From Octopus sinensis (Eukaryota), in NCBI RefSeq assembly GCF_006345805.1, contig NC_043000.1:21576001-21640000 (forward strand): 64,000 nucleotides of DNA. The letters are read 5' to 3'. The first letter of the stretch is position 1, and each line of letters starts with the position of its first letter. A model generated the notes under the pieces. That model did not search any database, was not told where the DNA came from, and was given only the letters and a program-made list of their open reading frames with translations. The position numbers were made by a program, and so were the translations under genes. Shown here piece by piece: positions 25,479-37,529 of this stretch.

Positions 25479-26814
25479 CAGTGCCAGATTAAGACCCATA
25501 GAGGCCCTAAGCACTTAAAAGATTTTGGTGCCCCCATATATACTCTTTTACTTGTTTCAGTCATTATTTGACTGCGGCCATGCTGGAGCACCACCTTCAG
25601 TCGAGCAAATCAACTGACTCCAGGACTTATTCTTTGCAAGCCTAGAACTTATTCTATTGGTCTCTTTTTTGCCAAACCGCTAAGTTACGGGAACGTAAAC
25701 ACCAGCATCGTTGTCAAGAGATGTTGGGGGGGGACAAACTCAGACACACAAACATACACACACACACATGTATATACACATATACACGACGGGCTTCTTT
25801 CAGTTTCCATCTACCAAATCCATTCACAAGGCTTTGGTCAGCCCGGGGCTATAGTAGAAGACACTTGCCCAAGGTGCCATGCAGTGGGACTGAACCCAGA
25901 ACCATGTGGTTCATAAGCAAGCTACTTACCACACAGCCACTCTTCAAAATATAAACAATAATAAACCATAAATTTTAGTTTTTCAATATGAAACAAAACT
26001 AACAGTAACATGAAAAATGTTTATTTTTGTATACTGCCACTTTATTTATATTTGAAAACATATCTCCTTTTTAATTGCAAAGTCTTTGTTCAGATCCTCA
26101 CTATGACACCATGAACACTTCAAAAATTATATTTCCAGTCATATAAACTGCTTTGAATATTATTTTAGCAAGTTTAACCTTCCAGCATTCACATTCTGTT
26201 GAAAGTAAAAAAAAAAAAAGGAAAAAAAAGGTAATGACCCCTTTAAGTCATGAATGACTATGGGATTGCACCTAGAAAGTTTCCCCCTCTGAGACACAAG
26301 TCCGGGAAAAGTTGTTTATGGAAGACCAGCAGTGGACCATGCATACAACCCTCCCCTCTCCACACCACTAATGTTATCCAAAGCTTGGCACCAGTGACAT
26401 CGCAACTCATTTCTGCAGCTTAATGAGCTGGAGCAATATGAAATAGTCTTGCTTGAGAACAAAACACACAGCCCAGTCCAGGAATTGAACTCACTACCTC
26501 ATGATTGTGAGCCCAACACTCTAACCACTGAGCCATGCACTTTGTTCATTCATTTTGTTTTGAATTAATCTTTTGAGATTTTGATGAGGTAACTATTTTT
26601 AGAATGACATTGTAGGGCTTGTGTGAGAGGTTAGATCTGGACAATTTAAACATAAAAGAAGTTGAATATTTTTGGCCATATATAACTGATTTAAATGCTA
26701 AAGGGTTAAAGTGATTTCTTTTGTGTTGTAAACCATTTACCATTTCTATAGTGGCCCCCTTCCCTTGATACCCTAAGCATGTACTTATTTTGCTTAATGG
26801 TTAATCCAACACTG
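25479..26814. mobile_element. hAT-like non-autonomous element with nested insertions
   Basis: Termini CAGTGCCAGATTAA / TTAATCCAACACTG; 'ccctaagca' motif near both ends. Confidence 0.65.
25542..25943 (-). mobile_element. SINE family A
   Basis: Near full-length reverse match. Confidence 0.9.
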
Positions 26815-27159
26815 ATTCATTCCCTGAACAGGATACCAGTCTGTCGCAAGGTTAACTTTCCAGCTATTGTCCGGAACTCATTTACGGCTGAGTAGGCTGG
26901 AGTAACATGAAATGAAGCTGATAATTTTTTCAAACATAAAATGCCATTAGAACAGCAGAAAAATTGAGTAAATTACCCTTACAAAGCGGAAAAATTTGTC
27001 AACAACCACCCAAGGGACACGAACCCACTTCCTTTAAAGACTTCAGCTGAGTGCTTTACCATTAAGCTAAAGTGCCCGCTAACAACCTTATCTGCAAATT
27101 TAGACACTATAAAGTTAAATACACAGTTATGTGCATATAGATATAAACAAACTAGCATT

Positions 27160-27501
27160 GTACAGAGATGTACTTGCATAGCAGGTGACCTGATCTGAGA
27201 TCATGTGCTTAAAAGAAAACTATTGCAGCGTGGAAGGTGTTTATAAGCCATTTAAGAAACACACAAAAACCATTAGATTGACTTCAACATTTAAATTTAA
27301 TTTGTCAAAATATTTTTACACTTTGAGCCCGCGACCTGTTCACTGACAAAATTCCTTGCAGCATCTCACGGAATTTTGTCAGTGAACAGGCTATGGTCTC
27401 AAAGCGAGGAAAATATTTTTGACAAATTAAATTTAAATGTTGAAGTGAATCTAACGGTTTTTTTGTGTTTCTTAAATGGCTTATAAACACCTTCCACGCT
27501 G
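27160..27501. mobile_element. Inverted-repeat insertion, probably paired Penelope-like terminal-repeat fragments with hammerhead-like motifs
   Basis: Arms 27223-27355 / 27370-27504 with 14-nt loop; 12-bp direct repeat CAAACTAGCATT at 27148-27159 and 27502-27513; hammerhead-like motif in each arm. Confidence 0.65.
27375..27426 (+). ncRNA. Degenerate minimal type I hammerhead-ribozyme-like motif (G3-C8 core variant); mirror copy at 27301-27350 (-)
   Basis: TTTGTCA-GTGAACA-G-[stem II]-GAAA-ATAT-TT(T)-TGACAAA. Stem II is damaged in this copy and G12 is lost in the mirror copy, so both are probably inactive. Confidence 0.5.
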
Positions 27502-28228
27502 CAAACTAGCATTTGTTTTTTTATAAAAGTCAAAATGTGTATTGTATGATGATCGTTTTTTCGAATGCAGAAACGCTGTTAGAACAGCAGAAATATTGGG
27601 TAAATTACTCATGGATGGTTGTTGACAAATTTTTCCGCTTTGTAAGGGTTAATTTACCCAAGGTTTCTACTGTTCTAACGGTGTCTCAGTGTTCAGAAAA
27701 AACTATAATCTTATTTGCATCATACAATACACATTTCAACACTTATAAAAAAAAAATTTGTTTTAATGTTAGTTTGTTTATATTTATATACATGAAATTA
27801 AGTATTTTGGTCAAGAACATGACATGCAGCTGGTCTGAGAATCAAAACCAGGATTTTACAATCGTGATTGCAACACCCTGGCCACTGGCCCTTATGCCTT
27901 CAGTTGGTTATAAAAAAAGAAACCATCACTCACAAGCGAGTATAACCTGATAGCTTGTACCCTGCTTTTGCGAATTTTTTTGGTACCCCAGATTTAGGAC
28001 AGATTTTAGGAAGGGTAGATACACTATAGTTAACTTATCTACTTAGCACCGCTATATCCATGCATATACTAACACCTCTATATACATGAATACACATTCA
28101 CTCATACATACACACACATCTCTATCTCACATGCATACACTTATCTACATATGCATGCATACATACAAACACACAGACCACAGTGCATACACACACATAG
28201 TTTTAAGCCAATGAAGGAGTCTCTACAT

Positions 28229-28413
28229 CAGTGATTCTCAATCACAGCTCCCAGGGTCACATGCAGCCCTCCAGCAGCCCCCTGACAGTCTTCCTTCTAT
28301 AAATATAAAATTTTCTTCAACTGACCTGTGTTTTACCTTTTTGGTGCAGCACCCTAAAAAAAAAATCCAGATTTTGGATCTGGCCTGGATATTAAAAAGG
28401 TTGAGAACTGCTG
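28229..28413. mobile_element. hAT (Charlie-like) MITE
   Basis: CAGTGATTCTCAA / TTGAGAACTGCTG termini; 8-bp flanks CTCTACAT / CTCTGCAC. Confidence 0.75.
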
Positions 28414-29512
28414 CTCTGCACTGTCACTCACCTTTCTAGAAATAGCAGTTAAATTATTTCAAAGTACACTGCCTGAGAAAAGGTGGAGAAGTCATGGCTG
28501 TAGTGTTTTAGTTATAGGTTCACTGTCTCAGAACTGCTTTAAGACCAAACTACTACACATGTACTCTTAAACAAGCAACACAGTTATAGAAGTGTGTGTG
28601 TGTGTGTGGTGTGTGTGACTTAGTGGTTTGAGAAATAGAAATCAATAAATATCAGACTTAAAAATACATATTGAGATTATGATCAATTAAAATCCTTCAG
28701 TGTAGTGCTCCAACATGGCCACTATTCAGTAACTGAAACAAGAAATAATGTATGTACGTGCAGTCACACATGCACATGCAAAGTGAAGTGATTAAATTGA
28801 TTTGGTATTGAATTCCCAAATTATAGATTGCTGCAGTTTGTTCTTTTCTGTAATAGCATTCTAAATGTCCCAGTTCACCTCGTGATTTGGAATAGGTTCA
28901 AGGTATCTGAGAGGAACCAGTATCATATTTAGGAAGAGATAGAATTCTCATTTGCACACTTCTATGAAACCAGAACCCATTATGACTTTATACATGTCAG
29001 CATGTACATTAGTTAATCAAAGACAATATACAGTCAAGCAGAGCAGTGTGTACCTACACAATTAATTGTGTGCTCACATACACTTAAATATATGGTGAGG
29101 TGGGGGGGGGGTCTCGATTTCTCTGTAGGTGTAGTGTGGCCAAACGGTTCAGTAGTTCACTTTGGAATCATGAGATCCTGGATTCGATTCCACTGCACAT
29201 CACAACCAAGAATCATTTTCTGTAATATCAGGTCAACCCGTACATTGAGTGAAACTGGGTCAATGGAAACTGTGTGGAAGACTACCTGCCTGATGGATTG
29301 TACCTGTAATTCAAATGTCGAGCCTTATCACATACTCTATCAACTTCAGAATTGCATTAAAGGTACATGACATGTCTGTGGAATACTGATCCACTTAAAC
29401 ATTAATTCAGTGACCTTAGTAGTTTAGTTTAGAGAGTAACTGAACACTCACCATCATCATTTAACACTTGTTGTCCATGCTGGCATGGATTCAGGGTCAG
29501 AAATTCCTACCA

Positions 29513-30030
29513 GGCGGAAAGCTGGCAGAAACGTTAGCACACCGGGCGAAATGCTTAGCGGTATTTCATCTGCCATTACGTTGTGAGTTCAAATTCTGCC
29601 AAGGTCGACTTTGCCTTTCATCCTTCGGAGTCGATAAATTAAGTACCAGTTACACACTGGGGTCAATGTAATCAACAATCCCATTGCCTGTCCTTGTTTG
29701 TCTCCTCTATGTTTAGCCCCGGCATGTAAAAAGCACCATCCGAACGTGGCCGATGCCAGTGCCGCCTGACTGGCATCCGTGTCGGTGACACGTAAAAAGT
29801 ACCAACCTATCATGGGCATTTGCCAGCCTCCTTTGGCCCCTGTGCCAGTGGCATGTAAAAAGCACCCACTACACTCACAGAGTGGTTGGCATTAGTAAGG
29901 GCATCCAGCTGTAGAAACTCTGCCAGATCGCACTGGACCTGGTGCAGCCTCCTGGCTTCTCAGACCCCAGTCGAACCGTCCAACCCATGCTAGCATGGAA
30001 AACGGACGTTAAACGATGATGATGATGATG
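29513..30030 (+). mobile_element. Chimeric retroposon: family B 5' part (29513-29720) joined to family C 3' part (29721-30030)
   Basis: Abrupt junction at 'tttagcccc|ggcatgtaaaa'; ends in (GAT)n; imperfect flanking repeat attcctacca / aatcctatca. Confidence 0.8.
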
Positions 30031-30399
30031 AATCCTATCAATAACAGGTGAGATAAATGAATTGTTTAATATGTTGAAACATACACAACCAATGATTATG
30101 CAAGTTCGTGTGATATTAAAGAAGATTCTGTCATGTCATTCAAATGGTATAATACACTTTGCACATGGTTATAAATGCTGTTGGTGGGAGAGGCTTAGAA
30201 TGTTGTAGTGAGAATGTGTGGAATGCTTTGGTTTTACCTGATTGTTTTCTTTTACTGTACACCCCTTCTAGCCTGGACTTCACGTGAGTGATGACTGAGG
30301 TGATCACCTACATTTTCCAAATATCTCTTTATACACGTACGCACACACACAAAAAGACTTCATAAAAACATACAAAGTGTGTAATCAAGATGGTATAAT

Positions 30400-30785
30400 T
30401 ACTCTTTTACTAGTTTCAGTCATTTGACTGCGGCCATGCTGGAGCACTGCCTTTTAGTTGAGCAAATCGACCCCAGGACTTATTCTTTGTAAGCCTAGTA
30501 CTTATTTTATCTGTCTCTTTTTGACAAACCACTTAGTTTAGGTGGACGTGAACACACCAGCATCAGTTGTCAAGTGATGCTGGGGGGACAAACATTTACA
30601 CACATACATATGATGGCTGCTCCCTCGTTATTGAGTATGGCCATTGTATGAAGCTTAACCGTTATTGCTGCTGTGATCGAATGTGACTTTTTAGCCCAGC
30701 TAAAGATCTACAATGTCTTGTACAGAATTGGCAGCTAAAACCTTTACCGGCAATATATATATATATGCTTAACACATATATATAC

Positions 30786-30816
<31 letters not shown>

Positions 30817-30837
30817 CATATATATACATATATATAC

Positions 30838-30870
<33 letters not shown>

Positions 30871-31036
30871 CGACAGGCTTCTTTCAGTTTCCCTCTACTG
30901 TATTCACTCACAAGGCTTTGGTCGGCCCGGGGCTATAGTAGAAGACACCTGCCCAAAGTGCCACGCAGTGGGACTGAACCCGGAACCATGTGGTTGGTAA
31001 GTAATAAGCTACTTACCTCACAGCCACTCCTGCACT
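30400..31036 (-). mobile_element. SINE family A with internal (TA/TACA)n and a ~140-bp unrelated insert (approx. 30612-30752)
   Basis: Both halves match family A. Confidence 0.88.
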
Positions 31037-31626
31037 TATCTTAATTCTGTATGTTCCCTATCATTGATGTGGTTAGCCAGATCTGGATTATATCAGAATG
31101 CTAATAAAGTTCTTGCCTGGATTCCAAATCCTTACTCCTTTACATTTTATATAAAGCTAGCCTCTTTTGAAAGAATGAATTCAAAGAATTAATATATAAA
31201 TTCTTCTAAGAAATATAACTCTGTTTGAATTTACACTATAGTAGTTACATGCTGAACTTTAAAACTGCTTTGCATATTTTTATTGTCCCACTTATATCAG
31301 ATTTCTGGAATATATGTTAAATGCTCATTATTTTATTTGCCTGAAACTCCAACTCTTAAAGATTATTGCCCCTATAATTTAGTAACTTAACCAAGTGTGT
31401 TGATAATTATGTAATTGTATAATCTGGGTGGGGAAGTTTTATGTTTTAAGGCAGTTGTCTTTAAATGTTCTTTCCGCTCTGATTTTGAATGAAATCTTAA
31501 CATCTGCTGGACTTTTATTTCCTGTTCCAAACATTCTATGAAAGGATTTTCTTCCAGTATTCTTTGTCTTAAAACATATGGATGTCCTAAATGTCAAAAA
31601 TGTTTCTAATATTTATCCCAAGGTTA

Positions 31627-32053
31627 AGGTGGCAAAATGGCAGAAACGTTAGCACGCCAGGCAAAATGCTTAACGGAATTTCGTCTGTCTTTACACTCGG
31701 AGTTTAAATTCCGCCGAGGTTGACTATGCCTTTCATCCTTTCGGGGTTGATAAATTAAGTAGTAGTTATGCACTGAGGGTGATGTAATTGACTTAATCCT
31801 TTTGTCTGTCCTTGTTTGTCCCCTCTATGTTTAGCCTTTTGTGGGCAATAAAGAAATAAGAAACGTTAGCATGCTGGGCAAAATGCTTAGCAGCGTTTTG
31901 TCCATTATTGTTCTCCATTCAAATTCTGCCGAGGTCAACTTTGCCTTTCATCCTTTTGGGGTTGATAAAATAAGCACAAGTTGAGCACTGGAGTCAATGT
32001 AATTGATTTATCTCTCCTCTGAACTTGCTGGCCTTGTGCCAATATTTGAAACC
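31627..32053 (+). mobile_element. Family B / B-variant composite
   Basis: Restart at AGAAACGTTAGCA (~31859); whole unit flanked by 17-bp TSD AATATTTATCCCAAGGT (31608-31624 / 32054-32070). Confidence 0.88.
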
Positions 32054-32405
32054 AATATTTATCCCAAGGTAATTTTCAGATAACATTCTTTTTATTTATT
32101 TTTTTTCGTTTTGCTTGTTTCAGTCATTGGACTGCAGCCATGCAGGGCATCCTGTTAAAGGGTTTAATCAACCAAACTAATTCCAGTACTTATTTAGCTT
32201 GGTATATCTTCTGTTGGTCTTTTGCTGAACTGCTGAATTACAGGGATATAAACAAACCAACACTGGTTGTCAATGCTGGTGACAAGCACAAAAACACACA
32301 CACACACATTAATCAAAGTGTATTATACATATATCCATTCTGGCCGATCTTACCAATCGGTTTCACACTAGGGGTTTAATAGAGTGATTATATACAATCA
32401 CACAA

Positions 32406-32620
32406 GGGGGCGAGCTGGCAGAATCGTTAGCGCGCTGGGCGAAATGCGTAGCCGTATTTCGTCTGTCGTTACGTTCTGAGTTCAAATTCCGCCGAGGTCG
32501 ACTTTGCCTTTCATCCTTTCGGGGTCGATAAATTAAGTACCAGTTTCGCACTGGGGTCGATATAATCGACTTAATTCCTTTGTTTGTCTTTGTTTATCCC
32601 CTTGTGGGCAGTAAAGAAAT
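32406..32620 (+). mobile_element. SINE family B
   Basis: CpG-intact copy; 16-bp TSD TATATACAATCACACA. Confidence 0.9.
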
Positions 32621-32799
32621 ATATATACAATCACACAGTTCCGCCCAGGCTTCCATAGTTTTCAATATCCTCGTCAGCCTAGGGCTATATAAGAAGACAC
32701 TTACCCTAGGCGTCACACAGTTGGACTGAGCCTAAAATCGCATGGTTACAAAGCAAGCTTTTTAACCACATAGCCATACCTGCACAATACCTATTGTTT

Positions 32800-33560
32800 T
32801 AGTAACGTCATGCTACTTACGAAGGTATAACCTTGATGATATTTCGAAGCATCTACTAATCTTATGTAATATTGTCACAGATGTGACATAATCAATGTTT
32901 TCAATCGTGGTTACAAAATGAAAACAATATACCAGTTTGATGTCGATTTTGGCCTTCCATAGTTTACTTAGCCATACGTGCGAGTGACATTCAGTATCCA
33001 ACTATTTTCTCATTATTCTGCTTTCCACCACAGATTTACTGAACATTTACGAATCAATAGTTGTATTCCTCACTGTTGATGTTTCTACAATATTCCTTCC
33101 TGATTGTATTCAACCATGATATATATATATTATAGCTGGAATCCTTTTAATTCCAGGCCTGAGACCAAAATGATCTAAGAGATGTTTTCTTTCATCTGTT
33201 GGCACACAATTTGTAGCTTAAAGGCAAATTTACGGTTAACGATGGTTTATTGATATCGTTTCAATAAAGAAGTTTCTTACCCAAGGCAAGGTCCTGAGTT
33301 CATGATTTAAAGTTATTAATTTTCCCTTGTGCGTATACTATATAATCCCTTTTATCTTATACGATTCAGCTTGGCTGTTGTGGATTTCGTGTTCACTGGA
33401 CATCTTGTGATCGTATCTGAATGTCTGATTCTGTAGTACAAGTTCCTGATATTTTCTTCAGATTTATTATCCAGATTACACTGGCTTGCTTTGGGTAATT
33501 TCATTATGAGTACCATGGATTAATTGGTGTTATAGCAGACTGACCAGCTATCTTGTATTC
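32800..33560 (-). mobile_element. Possible highly decayed R4/Dong-like LINE fragment
   Basis: ILHKISRCFEISSRLYL resembles the H-x-I-S-x-C-x-x-x-S-S-R-x-Y-L zinc-knuckle region; the rest is weakly similar with many stops. Confidence 0.4.
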
Positions 33561-33585
33561 CACATTATACGGGAGAGGATATATT

Positions 33586-33630
<45 letters not shown>

Positions 33631-33646
33631 CATCCCTGCTTCACAA

Positions 33647-34070
33647 TCATCATCATCATCGTTTAACGTCCGTTTTCCGTGCTAGCACGGGTTGGACGGT
33701 TCGACCGGGGTTTGGGAAGCCAGGAGGCTGCACCAGGCTCCAGTCTGATCTGACTGTTTTTACAGCTGGATGCCCTTCCTAACGCCAACCACTCCGTGAG
33801 TGTAGTGGATGCTTTTTACGTGCCACCGGCGGCTGGCAGCGGTCACAATTGGTTGGTGCTTTTTACGTGGCACCAGCACAGAAGCCAGTCGAGGCAGCGC
33901 TGGCAACGGTCACGTCTGGATGGTGCTTTTTACGTGCCACCGGCACAGGTATCACAACAACAATTTCCATTTGATATTTATTTTGATGTTGATGTACTTG
34001 ACTCAATAGGTCTCCTCAAGCACAGCAGGTCACCCTACAATCCAGGTCATTCTGCAATCCAAGGTACTTG
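33647..34070 (-). mobile_element. Family C retroposon
   Basis: Consensus match; further copies or fragments at ~1060-1200, 3340-3530, 41063-41245, 47340-47642, 48380-48562, 53960-54090 and 60450-60606. Confidence 0.88.
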
Positions 34071-34282
34071 TTTACAACCCTGTAATTTATTCATTCAGCA
34101 GTAGAGACCGAAAGCATAAGTATTGAAGTCCATTTGTTCGACTAAACCCTTCAAAAGCAGTGCCCCACCATGGCTGCAGTCCAGTGACTGAAACAAGTGG
34201 AAGATATATATATATATATTTACACACACACCTACATACATACTTATGCACACATACATACACACGTATGTGTGTGTGTGTG

Positions 34283-34334
<52 letters not shown>

Positions 34335-34502
34335 CATACACATCAGTGACAAACATGAACTGATCAATTAAGAAACATTTATAAGAACTGTTGAGTAGAA
34401 ATCAAAATAGAGTTGGGAGATGTCATATTAATAAAGTTAACATTCTAGTCAATCTTCCTTTCGACCTGTGGATTGTATTTTAGTTCGGTTATAAATATAC
34501 TA

Positions 34503-34848
34503 GTGAAGGCGCATGGCTCAGTGGTTAGAGCATCGAGCTTACGATCGTGAGGTTGTGAGCTTGAATCCCGGACCGGGCTGCGTGTTGTGTTCTTGAGCAA
34601 GGCACTTTATTTCACGTTGCTCCAGTTCACTCAGTTGTAGAAATGAGTTGCGACGTCACTGGTGCCAAGCTGTATCGACCTTTGTCTTTCCCTTGGATAA
34701 CACTGGTGGCGTGGAGAGGGGAGGCTGGTATGCATGGGCGACTGCTGGTCTTCCATAAAACAACCTTGCCCGGACTTGTGTCTAGGAGGGTAACTTTCTA
34801 GGTGCAATCCCATGGTCATTCATGACCGAAGGGGGTCTTTACCCTTAC
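34503..34848 (+). mobile_element. tRNA-derived SINE (D-related head, distinct body); other copy at 26230-26540 (-)
   Basis: TGGCTCAGTGG A box, B-box-like GCTTGAATCCC, 'gttcttgagcaaggcactt' conserved block, AAATATAC flanking repeat. Confidence 0.85.
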
Positions 34849-35167
34849 AAATATACAATATATTGTAGTAATGTTGATTGATTCATTAAACCAACAGACC
34901 TAGTCTTGTTTATGTCACATGCGAATTTGGGTTAAGATGGCAAGTTTGCAAAGACATTTTGTTTTTTGTGCAAAATAAGATTGGTAAGAAATAAATGTCT
35001 GTTTTCTGGAAACAGACCTGTTAAATGTTTTGAAAGAATGCCATTATAATCAAAATTAAAATGTTTAAAACGTATTACATTCGTTAAAGTTGATATTCCA
35101 GTTTTGGTAGCTTTTATGGTTTCTGCACAAATACAGAACTGGTAAGAAGTCTTTTAGATAAAATAAG

Positions 35168-36840
35168 ACATGGCTGTGTGCTTATTATTAAGTAAACTCG
35201 TGGTTTACTTCCCCACGATGTGGTCTCTGGTTCAGTCCCACTGTACAGCACATGTTGGTAAGTGTCTTCTGCTATAGCCCAGTGTCTTGTGAATTTGGAA
35301 TGAAAACTGTAAGGAAACCCATTTGTGTGTGTGTGTGTGTGTGTTTATCACCTCCTTGTGCTGCTTGATAGCTTGTGTTGGTTTGTTTACACCCTCTATA
35401 ACTTAGCAGTTTGGTAAAAGAGACCTATAGAGTAAGTACCAGACTTTAAAAAACTATAAGTACTAAGGTCTCAATTCAGCTAAAACCTTTCAAGGCCGTG
35501 CTCCAGCATGACCACAGTCCAGTAACTGACAAATGATAAAGATGGTATTGGCCAAAATGTTGATGCCAGACTCTAGGTTTTTCAGTATTTAGTTTTGTCC
35601 ATCTGCATTTAAAGTTCAAATCTTTCTAGAATCAACTTTACTTTTCATCCTTTTGAGGTTAATGAGATGAATTACAAGCTCGTAACTAATTATATCATTC
35701 TGGAACGAGATGTAAATTAGCTTGATCAAAAGAAAGCAATATTTGGATTAAAGATTGTTACCAAGAAGATTTCAAAACTTTATTTCTTTACTGCCCACAA
35801 GGGGCTACACACAGGGGAGACAAACAAGGACAGACAAACGGATTAAGTCAATTATATCAACCCCAGTGTGTAACTGGTACTTATTTAATCAACCCCGAAA
35901 GGATGAAAGGCAAAGTCGACCTCAGCGGAATTTGAACTCAGAATGTAACAGCAGACAAAATACCGCTAAGCATTTTGCCCGGTGTGCTAACATTTCTGCT
36001 AGCTTGCCGCCTTAAGATTTCAAAACTTTCTATTGATATTAATTCCTAAATTATAACTTTTGTAATCTCTTCTTAATCTTCATGTATCAGCCTAGTTCTT
36101 CAGTTCCTCTGCTCAAGACTTTCTCTTGCCAATAAAGGAAGCTGCTACAGGGGTACTCAACCTTCTAAAAATAGTGGCCAAAATTCTTCCAAATCACTTG
36201 TTACCAACTTATAAATTGAAGGATATCGGATTATGCAATCTTAGATTCATTTTGCAAATATGCTGGAATGATTGGCATGGTTGTGTGTTAAGAAGCTTAC
36301 TGTGCAACCATGTAGTTTCAAGTTCAATACCACTGTGTGGCACTTTAGCAAGTTTCTTCTGCTATAGTTCCAGGCCAACCAAAGCTTTGCGAGTGAGTTT
36401 GGTAGATAGAAACTATGCAGAAGCCTGTATGTATGTATGTATATATATATATGTGTGTGTGTGTATATAGGTGTGGCTGTGTGGTGAGAAGTTTGCTTCC
36501 CAACCACATGGTTCCAGGGTCAGTCTTACTGTGTGTCCTGTTGAGCAAGTGTCTTCTCCCATAGTTTCGGGCTGACCAAACCCTTGTGAATGGATTTGGT
36601 AGAAGGAAACTGAAAGAAGCCTGTCGTGTTTGTGTGTGTGTCTGTTGGTTTCCCACCACCACTTGACAACTGGTGTTGGTGTGTTTACATTCCCATAACT
36701 TAGTGGTTCAGCAAGAGACACTGATGAAATAAGTGCTGAACTGAAAAATAAATGTACTGGAGTTGATTCATGTAACTAATATTTTTCAAGGCAGTGCCCC
36801 AGCATGGCCACAGTCTAATGGCTGAAACTAGTAAAAGATA
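35168..36840. mobile_element. Cluster: family A copies (35168-35545 +, 36275-36440 +, 36468-36840 +) and family B (35779-36013 -)
   Basis: Consensus matches; the B copy has a 16-bp TSD AAGATTTCAAAACTTT. Confidence 0.82.
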
Positions 36841-36855
36841 AATATATAATATGTG

Positions 36856-37265
36856 CTTCAGCGACATTTAGGTTTCTATTATATAAACTACAGCAATCTC
36901 TAGGTTTGTTATACAGACTTCAGCAATATCTCTAGGCTTGTATTAAAGACTACAGCAATCTTTTAGGCTTGTATTATGTGAAAGTATAGAAATCTCTTGG
37001 TTTGTATTATATAAGACAACAGCAGCCTTTAGGTTTGTGCTGTATAGACTTCAGTTTATATTATATTGGCTTAAGCAATTTCTATGATTGTACAATACAG
37101 ACGACAGTAATGTCTTGTATTTATATAGACTTCAGTAATCTGTAGGTTTCTGTTATATAGATTACAGCAATCTCTAGGTTTGCATTATGTAAGACTTCAG
37201 CAATCTCTAGGTTTATAATTATGAAGACGTCAGCAATATCTCTGGTTGTATTATATAAACTTCAT
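36856..37265. repeat. Degenerate ~31-bp minisatellite, about 13 units
   Basis: Approximate unit TCTAGGTTTGTATTATATAGACTTCAGCAATC. Confidence 0.85.
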
Positions 37266-37529
37266 ATGAATAAACGAGTAGTTTTATTTTATTTTGTTTT
37301 TATTCTTTTGTGATGGAGAAAAGAAAAAAATAAACATATGAAATAATAAAAAGTATGTAATGTCTAAGTTATCTTTTGTAATATGTCTGCAAGTTAGGCT
37401 GTGAAATATGAAATTTAAAGTGTATTGTTAAAGTGTTTTTCCATTAGTGGTGTCAGGAAATCTTTAATATATGGCATCTACCAAAGCTAACTACTACAAG
37501 ATCTTATTACTTTTACAAAGACACATTCT

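Larger units (their letters stand above)
26941..27684. mobile_element. Foldback DNA element with ~70-bp TIRs (possibly CACTA/EnSpm-like)
   Basis: 26941-27011 is the reverse complement of ~27612-27684; third partial TIR copy at 27572-27607. Superfamily is inferred only from the CAC(C/T)G-like terminus. Confidence 0.7.
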
